From the NCBI GenBank assembly GCA_043228905.1, contig JBHGNT010000018.1, positions 13,888,001-13,952,000 of the forward strand: a stretch of 64,000 bases of DNA, in the 5' to 3' direction. This document shows positions 50,924 through 61,502 of this stretch, piece after piece. Positions within the stretch are counted from its first letter, which is position 1. Each line of letters opens with the position of its first letter. Origin of the DNA: Azolla caroliniana. Its lineage: Eukaryota; Plantae; Polypodiophyta. Both the position numbers and the translations under genes were made by a program. The notes below the pieces were generated by a model, which saw only the letters and a list, made by a program, of their open reading frames with translations, ran no database searches and was not told the DNA's origin.

Positions 50924-52373
50924 GCATGTGGGGAGATTATACAATAAAGAAGCGGATGCATTAGCTCAAGCCCAATTAGATAAGATCAAGGAAGGTTTCG
51001 TTGGTGTTTTGGAGACGTGCAAAGATGTAGACTCCCTAGAGGAAGTACATAATTTTCTTAATAAAGGAGAGTTTCCAAATAACCTCAATGCTTTGCAAAG
51101 AAAGCGTTTGGTGGCAAAGGCTTCACAATATCATTTGGTGGGTGAAGATTTGTACAACAAAGGGAAAGATGGAGTTTTACGAAGAGTTCCTAACAAAAGC
51201 GAGATTATAAAGATACTCTTTAAGTTGCATGAAGAAGTTTGTGGTGGGCATTTAGCCCATGATATAATGATAAGAAAGATTTTACTAATTGGTTTTACAT
51301 GGCCTACTATCCATAGGGATGTGCATGATTGGTGTAGATCTTGTGATGCATGTCAAAAAGCGGGAATAAGACATCTACAAAGTGGACCTTTACAACCCAT
51401 TGTGGTGTTTGCTCCATTCGAGAAATGGGGAATTGATGCAGTAGGACCTCTTCCGAAAACTCAACATGGTAAAGAGTTTATTTTGGTGGCCATTGACTAC
51501 ATGACAAAGTGGGTGGAAGCTATAGCAACTTCCTCGATTAAAGCCAAAGATGTAGCCCAATTTGTGTATAAGAATATTTGTACTAGATTTGGAGTTCCCA
51601 TGGAGATTGTATCCGATCATGGACCCGGTTTTAGGAGTGAAATGTTAGCTTGTCTATTAAGCAAGTTGAAGATTAAGCATCGATATTCAACGCCTTATTA
51701 TCCTCAAGCAAATGGTGCAGTTGAGAAAGTGAATGGGCTTATAGTGAAGAATTTGACAAAGTTAGTGCAAGACAAAGTAAGAACATGGGATAGGTATTTG
51801 GATGATACTCTTTGGGCTTATAGAGTTTCTTATAAATCCTCCACAGGTTTTACTCCTTTTTATTTGGTTTATGGAAAAGAAGCGTTACTTCCGATCGAAC
51901 TTGAGATCAAAAGTAATAGACTAATGGAGGCATCGCATCGCTCAAAAGGAAATGATGTGATGAGTCGTTTAGCGAGCAACCATCTACTACAATATTCAAG
52001 AGAAGAAGCTGTGGAGCATTACTTAAATCAAGCAATGAAGAGAAAGGAGGCATATGACAAAAAACACAAGGGCAACCACATTGAAGAAGGATCATTGGTT
52101 CTTAGGTATGATAATAGATATGATTATATTCAAGGACAAAAGCTTGATAATAAGTGGGAAGGACCCTTTGTGGTTCACAAAAAGTATGACAACGGAAGTT
52201 ACCAATTGAAAGATGTGGATGGAGCACTTCATTCTTATCGAGTGAACGGATGGCGCCTTAAAAAGTATGTAACTCGGGGACCTACTTATATTCCCCAAGT
52301 TACTAATGATATTGTTGATACGGATGGATGGGAGCAAGAAGTGGACTTGTTTCCCCATACATTATTTTCTTAA
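50913..52373 (+). CDS. C-terminal stub of aRH plus integrase (out of frame with the upstream ORF)
   Basis: Motifs include HVGRLYNKEADALA, H…H…CDAC, WGIDAVGP, VSDHG, QANGAVE and KWEGPF. Confidence 0.9.
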   Translation: MKVKHVGRLYNKEADALAQAQLDKIKEGFVGVLETCKDVDSLEEVHNFLNKGEFPNNLNALQRKRLVAKASQYHLVGEDLYNKGKDGVLRRVPNKSEIIKILFKLHEEVCGGHLAHDIMIRKILLIGFTWPTIHRDVHDWCRSCDACQKAGIRHLQSGPLQPIVVFAPFEKWGIDAVGPLPKTQHGKEFILVAIDYMTKWVEAIATSSIKAKDVAQFVYKNICTRFGVPMEIVSDHGPGFRSEMLACLLSKLKIKHRYSTPYYPQANGAVEKVNGLIVKNLTKLVQDKVRTWDRYLDDTLWAYRVSYKSSTGFTPFYLVYGKEALLPIELEIKSNRLMEASHRSKGNDVMSRLASNHLLQYSREEAVEHYLNQAMKRKEAYDKKHKGNHIEEGSLVLRYDNRYDYIQGQKLDNKWEGPFVVHKKYDNGSYQLKDVDGALHSYRVNGWRLKKYVTRGPTYIPQVTNDIVDTDGWEQEVDLFPHTLFS

Positions 52374-55300
52374 TAGTCCATATTGTAGACCCATCTTTCT
52401 CTCTATTAACAAAAAGGAAGATGGTAATAGTGATTATTTTTTTTATTTATAGAGAATGTGAGGTTTTTCCTACCGATTAGCGGGGGTTTTACTCACATCT
52501 TTTTATTTTCTTTTTATCTCTCTCATTGTCTATAGCCAAGAGATTGGCGAGAGAGCTTTTGTTTGTTAAGTACTGCCAATAAGTGCTTCGCCATAAATGG
52601 CTTAGCCTCTAACAAGGGGGAGGGCTAAATGTGAAAGTGTTTTTAGAATCTAAGCCATTGAACATTAGGAGAATATAAAGTATAGATAATTCACCTTTTG
52701 AGGATAAGAACACGAACTAAGACCTTAGGGAAGAAGTCAAAAGTAAAAGTACGAGACCAAGAGAAAAGTAAAAAGAGAAAACGCAGACTATAAAAAAACA
52801 GTAAAAATAGAATGGTCATAACTCCCTTTTTGTTTATCCAAATATCACATTTAAATATGGATTAGAAAGCTTGTAAAAAGAGCTTTCTATAGCTTTTTAA
52901 ATCGCTTAATTTGGATATCGGATGAGGGAGATATGACGATTAGAAGGTTGATGTGTCATAGCTAAAAATAGGGAGATAAAAAGCTTCTAAAAATAGCATG
53001 AACGTGGATAAGAAGAGGAAGGTTATAAAAGAAGAAGTAATATTAGTGAGGAGGGGGGCTAAGAGTGAAGGCCAAAGAGTGGATGAGGAGTGTTAGGAAG
53101 AAGTGTCTTTGTAGAAGAGGAAGTGTCTTAGAAGAGGAAGGTCTTTGGTTTTAGTTCAATGTGGAGTTTGTCTCCTTTGTATTCTCTTGATGTTGGAATA
53201 TCAGAATATTCTTATTTCTTGCTCGCTTTCTCTATCTTTTTTCTTAGTTTCTTGAGTTATACTCTCTAATCATAATTACCTAGAGCTATATAATATATTA
53301 TGATTTTCAACTCCATCTAATCGGTTTGATCAAGCCCTCATATAGTGTATAACTATCTATTATCTTATACACTCTATCAGTAACCATTTCTTCCAATTCA
53401 TCAATGCATAGACCAAATAATGTTGGTGAGAGTGGGCATCCTTGCTTAACACCAATAGTGCTATTGAAAAAATCGGAAAGTCTATCTCTCATACGCACAC
53501 AACATATAACCTTCTCATAGATTCGGGAAATTGCAAGAATACATTCACTTGGCACCTCAAGTTCTTCCATCCGCCTCCAAAGATGCTCATGAGGTACCAT
53601 ATCAAAAGCTTTCTTGAAGTCTACAAAGCAATAATATAAACCTTTACCAACTTTCCTCTATTAATACTCGAAGAGTGACAAGATGATCAATGGTGTTATG
53701 GTGTTTTCAAAAACCAGCTTGTCCATAAGCTCTCTTACCATTTTTTTCTGCCCATAGACTTATCTTTGATTCCATTATACATCCAATTAGTTTTGCCATT
53801 AATGAGCCAACCATGATGGTTCGATAATTGTTTACATTATTTACATCTCCGCCTTTATGTAAAGGTTTGATCCAATTTGTAGTCCAATCATATGGCATAC
53901 CATGTTGCAATGCATCATTAAACATATCGCATATCCATATATGTGCTTCCATTCCCGTCCATTTGAGCATTTCAGTTTTTATACATTGAAGATCACTTGC
54001 CTTTCGAGAGGCCAATTTCTTAAATCCTATGCATATATCTTCAATTGTAAAGAAGGGAGACATATGTGAAATAGAACCATAACACATCATCTTTCCGGCA
54101 AGAGATAACTCATATAAATTCTTACAATGCATAGACAAGTCATGAAGAGTTAAGTCACCATAATTCTCAACACTTTTCCCCTTGAGATTTCCCCAAAATT
54201 TAGCACATGCATGTGCTTTCTCTTGCGTTTGGAGAAGTTGTTGAGTAACTTCCCATATTCGTCTCTTTCTTTGAATAAGCCTTTTATAGTCATGCAAATG
54301 ATTTTGGTAATTTTCTTTATCCTTAACTACATCCAAAACCATAAGGCACTTTTGAGCTTCATGATATTCTTTATCAAACCATTTTTTCTTCAATTTCTTG
54401 GTGCATTTCCATGATGTGCGGTTGGTCGAAAAACATTTGTTTGTACAAGAGAGAATGACATTCTTAAAAGCTTCCCATTTGCATTCTAGTGTGGCACCAT
54501 GTTGTGTCTTTGTCATTTGTAACATATCCTCAACCATCTTGGAATACATGGGCGCTCGCTTAAGATTCATGCTCAAGTGCGTTTGTTTACTATCTTCAAT
54601 GACCTTCTCGCAATCAAACCTATGCATACATTTGAGATCAATACATAAATTCCTATGATCGGATTCCGGTGTCCATTCCCCTAGTGAGAATTTATGTATA
54701 TGATCCAAAATACCTTCGGAAAATTAGCACATAGTCAATCACACTATTTCCATTGTGTTTTCTACATGTAAAGCCGCTAGTATTGGGCCATAAGGAAATA
54801 CCATTTGCAATAAGCAATCCGGTACTATTGCACATTTGTAGGAGTAACTTCCCAAATTGGTCCAGATCTTTTTCATCGCTAGAAGAGCGGTTATACATTT
54901 GCATATCCTCTTGCATCCTTGATATATGTGGCATGAAATATTCTTGTGAATCAAGTTGGAAACTTCTTGTACGAGCATTCATGTCACCAAAGACAATAAC
55001 TTCCCCTTTGGATTTGAAATAAGCAATATCATCTTCTAGATTGGCAAACGGTTGATCTTTATCCAAACAAGCATAAAAGTTAGAATCTTGATGAGGAATG
55101 TAACATCCAACAACAAAAGTGGGCAAATCATTAGGTGTTTCTATTTTGAGCCATATGTAGCATTTATTTTCATCATTTTTTATGATTGACACATATTTCT
55201 CTATTTCCTTCTTAATCAAACATGCCACCCCTCCTTGTCCTCTTCTTTGTCTTGGATTTTTCTTCCATATCAAAGAGTGTACATTATAGTTTCCTAAACC

Positions 55301-55674
55301 TTGAATCCTTTGAGTATCATGCTCCCATGTTTCAACAAGAAGTGTGATATCCGAGTCATTGGTGAACTCCTCTATGCCAAATCCCGCATTCCATGGGTAT
55401 GCATTGCAATTCCAAAAGCATAGTCGTAAAAGGCGTGGGTTAGTCTCATAGAGAGAGAGGGAGAGAGGGAGAGAGAAAATGTACCTTTCACTTGGTTTAG
55501 GGCTTCAAAATCTAGCTTGCGTTTGAGGAGCCGTGGGGCAAAGATGGATGCGGACGAAAATGCTCATAAGTTCTCGCCACGGTAACGGAATTTAGTAAAT
55601 GAACATTCCTTAGAAAGCTCTCTGAAAGAGCTTTCCAATGAGCTATAGAATGTAAAAAATGATGGCTGGAGTGA

Positions 55675-55677
<3 letters not shown>

Positions 55678-55738
<61 letters not shown>
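55678..55738. repeat. (GA)n microsatellite
   Basis: About 30 GA units. Confidence 0.97.
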
Positions 55739-55739
<1 letters not shown>

Positions 55740-56940
55740 ACAATGTATATAGAAAACAAGAAAACTATATTAACAAGGAGCAAGAATGAACCAACAGTTA
55801 ACATGTTCACGTTCACAAGTGGAAGGATCGTGCATTCCACGTTTAGATTCCTTCTATAATGATGTAAATTTAGGCGGTGTACAAAAACTAGATACATTAG
55901 TATCACGTGTTTTTCAATCTAGTTAAAGTTTTTTATATTAACTTGCACTAACCGCCAAGAGAGATGTTTGCTAGTTGTAGAATGAATATTTATAAACTTA
56001 GAGTTACTCAAAACAAAATGAACTTAAATTGAACATTAACACAAATGAGAATGTATTTGGAGAAGTTGGTTGAGATTTACACAAAAGATGTTATCAGAAC
56101 ATTTTCTGAGTGGAAAATATGGATAATCAAATGTGATTAATAGTTCCACCTGGTAAAGGTTTCTGCATTTGAGACATCTTAATTTTCTGCCATTGTCTAT
56201 TAATTTGGCATACATTTTTGAAAAATGATATTTCTCAATGATACCTAAATATAAAATGTAGTTATATTTTGACATATGGTTCAACTTGGTATAAGCATTT
56301 GATATCTAGACTACAAAATCCTAATGAGTTTTAGGTGTGGGCATGTAACTTGATATCTATAGTAATTGATATTGAATTGGAAGATCTAATCCATGGTGGT
56401 TATATGATAAAGTTCAAGATCCCTAAATAACACTTGTGGTTCTTAAACATCCCAAGCTCAACTTTACTTTCTGGTCTGTGTGTGTAATTTATGTTAGGCT
56501 AAATTTTATTGGGTAAATTTAGTAGAGTCCAACAGTCTAATAGTCTAACATTCTAAAATTGTAACAATCTAAATCTCTTTGGTGATCAAAATCTAAATAC
56601 GAAAGCAATATACAATGGGGATAAGAAGAACCATCATGTGCATTAAACATGAATTCACGACCTTAAGCAACATTAGTGTACTACATTACAATGTGTAATT
56701 GACAACTATCCAATGTTATCAAAACATTCAAAATGTGTAAATGTGTATCTATATTCGAACACCAAAACTGTGGTAATGCATGGTCTAGAAGAAAACTTAT
56801 TATAACGAGGAACAACAATATATACCATTTCACCATTGTAACATATAAAACATAGTCCACCAAGAAGGAATTACTCAAACAATAGAATAAAATCGTTAGA
56901 TTAAAGAGAGTTTGGTACATTATAATGTGTCCAAATGCTT

Positions 56941-57690
56941 TTACAAAAAAGGGGGTGGCATTACATAATCCATGGCAATCAACGTATCTTGATCATTCTC
57001 ATCGTCATTGTTTTCAGGACACTCATCCAAATCCCGTGCATTGGAATTCCCTCGAGATAGACTAGCAATGGTGGGGTTCCCTGAAAGTTCATCATCGAGC
57101 TCAATAAGCTCCCCATTTTCACCAACTAATGGAGGAATTGGCTCACGAGAAGCTGTTTGAAAATGTTTAGTATCCATGATGTGCTTTGCCCCGACCTCCT
57201 CATCTTGATCCGACCATTCCCACCATGCTTTGATCCTCATGTTTATAAAACCTACTTGCTCCTCTTCCTTCTCCAATGCAACAGAATTGCGAAAGAGTTT
57301 CAACGCACATGCTGATGTTGTGCTTGTTACATATAAAGAATTTACTTAGCTTGATAAGAAGTTTCGAGTATCCTATGCCATAATGATCGATTAAAAGGAG
57401 GTGAACATACCCATGCCAGAGAATACGCCCAATATCCAATCCCCTTTGCTTGAGAACATCTCGATAAGGTGCATTATCAAATTTTGGGGCTTTTGGAAAG
57501 GATTGACACGACCACATTCCGTTGTGGTGACATGTCTCAACTTACGAGTCACTGCTGGATAAACAAGCTGATTAGAACCCCCAACCTCATTCGAATGCTC
57601 CTTTCTCTATAGTTTTCGCATTTCAACCAAATAGTCAATTGTGATGTATTCAATTTGCATTGATGAACCAAAATGACGATCCTCTATTCA
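56941..57690 (-). pseudogene. Possible hAT-like transposase remnant or unknown coding relic
   Basis: LVYPAVTR at about 57545-57568 resembles the hAT L.RP..TR motif, and ORF 56941-57303 has an acidic C-terminus. The support is weak. Confidence 0.25.
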
Positions 57691-57699
57691 CTTTGGTCT

Positions 57700-59220
57700 T
57701 AATCCTGGAGTGCTCTCCCACTTCCAAAAGGTCAAGGAGCAAGTTGAAAAAGAAACCGGTCGGCACATTCGATGCCTACTATCGAATGGAGGCAAGGAGT
57801 ACTTCTCCGATGAATTCACCTCCTACCTCAAAGTGAAGGCATTCGGAGAGAATTCTCGTGCCGACACACACCCCAATAAAATGGAGTAGCCGAAAGGAAG
57901 AATCGGCAAATACTCGAGGTAGCACACGCCATGATGCATGAGAAGCACATGCCGAACTTCTATTGGGCCGACGCGGCATCCACGACCGTCTATCTCATGA
58001 ACCGGTGCACCACTAATGGAGTGCATGAGCTAACTCCATACGAGCTCCTCGTCGGAAGGAAGCCGATCCTATCGCACGTCAAGGTGTTCGGAAGCATTGT
58101 GAATGTATGCATTCCAAACGAACAACGACAGAAGCCCGACGCGAAGTCGGAGGAATGTATCCTTATAGGATACTCGTCCAAGAAGAAGGCATACAAGTGC
58201 TACAACCCTTCTACTCGAGCGGTTCGGGTAAGTCGAGATGTAGTCTTCGACGAGTCCGCATCCTGGTATGCACCAGAGACAACTTCGACTCTGACTCCGC
58301 TCGACCCGGAATCCGCCGAACAAGAGGTAGAAGATGGAAATCACTTCAAACACATGTTTGAAGAAAGTTCGATTACGGCAAGGCCTAGTGGGCCACAAGA
58401 GCCCCCACACGACCCCAACACGTCGCGGCCAAGTACTAACTTGGACAAAGGCAAAGGTAAGATGCCCGAATACAAAGTCGACCACCCCGACGACAATGAT
58501 TCGGATGGATCAGTTCCCTCACTAGACAGTGAGTTTGGTGTACCCATCATGCGGACACCTGGAGGAAAGAAGGCGCTCACATTGGCAAGAGAAAAACTTC
58601 GACGCTCTTCTAGAGAGAAGAATCACGTCACTCGGCACAGCTATAACGAGTACATGGCCCATCATTACGCCTTCGTGATGAAGGTAGCAGTTGAACAAGA
58701 GCCCAAGAGCTCCACCGAAGTGGCTCGTAACCCACGATGGGTGGAAGTAGTCGACCTTCGCCCACACACTACAAGCCTTCGTCGCCGGCTTGAGGGGGAG
58801 GAACCGAGATTGCCACGACGAAGAAAGCCGAAGGCCTGACGAAAGCGCATGAAGCCGACAAAAGCCAAAGCGGATGTCGGACGCCTAACACTTGAGCTTG
58901 AGGGGGCATGTTGAGAGATCAAGCTCAAGTTAGTTTAGTTAGTTAGTCAACCATGTAACTTTATAGTTACCTATATAGAATTTAGTTAGAAGTGTTGACT
59001 ATAATGACTTAAATAGAACCTTGTACTTGAGTGGGATATTCTAGATCCTCCCCTCCCAAGTAAATTTAATATAGGACTTACACTTTTGTATCTATATTCT
59101 ACTCACACATGTGCACCTTTGCACATGAGATGTATATATACCTCATTGTGGGTATTTTTTATTTTGATGATGATAATGCTAATTTAATATAGTTACTCAT
59201 CCCCCATCTTGTGTTGTTCA
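57700..59220 (+). mobile_element. Copia family D 3' fragment (INT, RT deleted, PPT, LTR start at 58909)
   Basis: ORF 57931-58839 has FYWADAAST and CILIGYS. GAGGGGG is followed by TGTTGAGAGATCAAGCTCAA. Confidence 0.82.
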
Positions 59221-59226
59221 TAAGTG

Positions 59227-59228
<2 letters not shown>

Positions 59229-59299
<71 letters not shown>
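59229..59299. repeat. (CT)n microsatellite
   Basis: About 35 TC units. Confidence 0.97.
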
Positions 59300-59302
<3 letters not shown>

Positions 59303-60039
59303 TCTCACACACATAAACACACATCACTTAATCTTCCGCTTATTAGCTTCATCACATAATTAGGTACTAATTAACCCTTGCTTAATTACTTACCTAATTC
59401 TTAACATATATGATTAATAACATACCCCTCCTATAAATAGGAATAGCTAGGGCAAACTAATTGTAATGAGGTGTATAGAGCTTTTGTAGTAGAGAGTAGA
59501 AGAGAGGGTAGCAGAGAGTAGGAAACGACGCGACAGTGCGCGCGAGAGAGGCATAATTTAGTGGAACTAGCCAAAACTCTAAGTGGCTATTCTCTGTTTT
59601 TCAGAGATTTGTAATTTGTTTTTCCTTCTATACCTCTATTCATAGTGAAGATCTATTGCTTGCTGTTTTTCCCTGGTTTAGGGTTTCCAAGTAAATCTTG
59701 TGTATCTTGTTTCTTGTTTTCTATTTTGTACATTTTCAGTCTATCTTTCTTGTCTATCTATGGTCCAAAACATATCAGTTTTCCCATATGGATTATGGGA
59801 ACTTTAGTTGGCATGATAGGTTGCTTTTTTGAAACAATCGTATTTATATTCCCGATGGACCTTCTTGACTTGAAGTCTTGCGACATTGCCATGATTCACC
59901 ATTGGTAAGACATTTTCAGAGTTGTGAAAACATTGGACCTAGTTACCCAAAACTTTTGGTGGCCTTAGGTTTTGTCAATTTGTCATGGACTATGTTTCCA
60001 CTTGTGATGTATGTTGTTGATAAAAGATTCCTCAACATT

Positions 60040-61300
60040 GACCATATGGTTTATTGCAACCATTGCCCATTCCAGATGATCCTTAGGAATCCATTTATGT
60101 GGATTTCATCATAGATCTCCCATCTCCCAAAGGTTACGATGCTATTCTTACAGTGGAGGATCGTTTTACAAAAGTGATGCATTTTCTTCCATGTAGAAAG
60201 ACTTTTATTAGTCAAGAAGTGATAAATATTGTCATGGGAGAAGTTTTCAAGCATCATGGCCTTCCAAATGAAATCATTAGTGAAAGTGGGCCACAATCTA
60301 TTGCGAAGTTTTGGACACACTTACTTGAGATCCTTAGAGTTTCTCGTAAACTATCTTCAAGTTATCATCGTTAGACTGATGGTCAAACCAAACACACAAA
60401 TCAAACATTAGAGCAGAGTATCTCCATTGCTTTATCAACTATCAACAAGATGATTTGATGGATTTCTTACATATGGCAAAGTTTGCTTACAATAATTCAA
60501 TCCATTCTTCTACGAGATTCACTCCATTCTTTGCAAACATTGGACGTCATCCTCGTTGGATGATGCTCAAATATCCAAAAGTCTCAAACAATCTTGCTGT
60601 CAAGGATCTTCTAGAATAACTTAAAGAAATTCAAGCCATGCTTTTTGATCATTTGCTTATGCTCAAGCCAAATACAAGAACGTTGCATATAGACATTGCT
60701 TAGATTCTGCACCCGAAAAACCTAAGTTTCAAGTTAGCAATCATGCTATTATCTTATAATGTGAAGACTATTAGACCATGTGACAAATTGGATTTCCAAT
60801 GTCTAAGTTCATTAATTTTGTAATCTCTCATCAAGTCAACGATATTTCATTTTGTTTGTACCTGCCTTCACATATGTGTCTTCATCCAATATTTCACGTT
60901 TCATTGTTAGAGCCATGGACATCAAGTTCTATCACAAATTGGGTTGTTCCACCACCACTTCCGATTCAAAGTCTTGCTGAAGGACCTGAATATGAGGTAG
61001 AAGCTATTTTGGACTCCAAGTTCATTCGCAACAAGTAATATTACCGGGTAGATTGGCTTGGATACATGATTGACGATTGAACGTGAGAACCCACAAAGAA
61101 CGTCGCTAATGCCCCTGAACTTATACAAGAGTTTCATCTTTGCTACTCCAATAAACCAAAGCCTAGTTCATGCATTGTGACTCGTGGAACTCGTCAATGG
61201 AAGGGATGACGTCACAAAATGTCAATACCAAGATTTGAACCTGTAACCTTTAAACAAGATTCTTACACTCTAAATAAATGTTTTTATATTGTTATTATTG
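60040..61300 (+). mobile_element. Chromovirus remnant: integrase, chromodomain, PPT, LTR start
   Basis: Motifs include DFIIDLPSPKGYDAILTVEDRFTK, HPIFHVSLLEP and the chromodomain EYEVEAILDSK…YRVDWLGY. GGAAGGGA lies near 61200. Confidence 0.88.
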
Positions 61301-61404
61301 AAGATTATGTGGCACTAAACACAATGGAAGACCGCCAAATGACATACATGCATGCATGCCAAAGTGGCACACATCATGAATGCCAAGTGGCGATCATACG
61401 TGAT

Positions 61405-61502
61405 AAGGTTCAAAAAAGTCCCTCACATCGACTTTTTGAATCACATAGGAAGCAAACAAAACTATCCAAAAGACACATGAAAGCAAAGTTTGGTGTTCTA
61501 GT
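61405..61502 (+). mobile_element. Short LINE fragment of the same family as 45286-55440
   Basis: KVQKSPSHRL matches ORF 45749-46207. Confidence 0.75.

Larger units (their letters stand above)
46600..53379 (+). mobile_element. Very young Tat-like Ty3/gypsy retrotransposon
   Basis: It has 750-bp LTRs (46600-47349 and 52630-53379; one difference seen) and a TSD GTAAC. The PBS-like TGGCGCTCCAGGGAGGG is at 47353-47369 (tRNA unresolved, Asn-like) and the PPT AAGGGGGAGGG is at 52614-52624. Confidence 0.97.
45286..55440 (-). mobile_element. Degenerate LINE (APE-RT, apparently single ORF, RTE-like), split by the Tat-like insertion
   Basis: The APE motifs are ETW, GDMNAR and SVIDY, and the RT motifs are QAGF, GVKQGCPLSP and LLYADD. 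The frame rejoins across the TSD as LEEMVT|KFIKEE. A C-terminal C..C…H….C motif lies at 45452-45676. Confidence 0.88.

Noticed and set aside
55643-55906. ORFs with ER or SL repeats
   Set aside because: They are translations of the (GA)n microsatellite.
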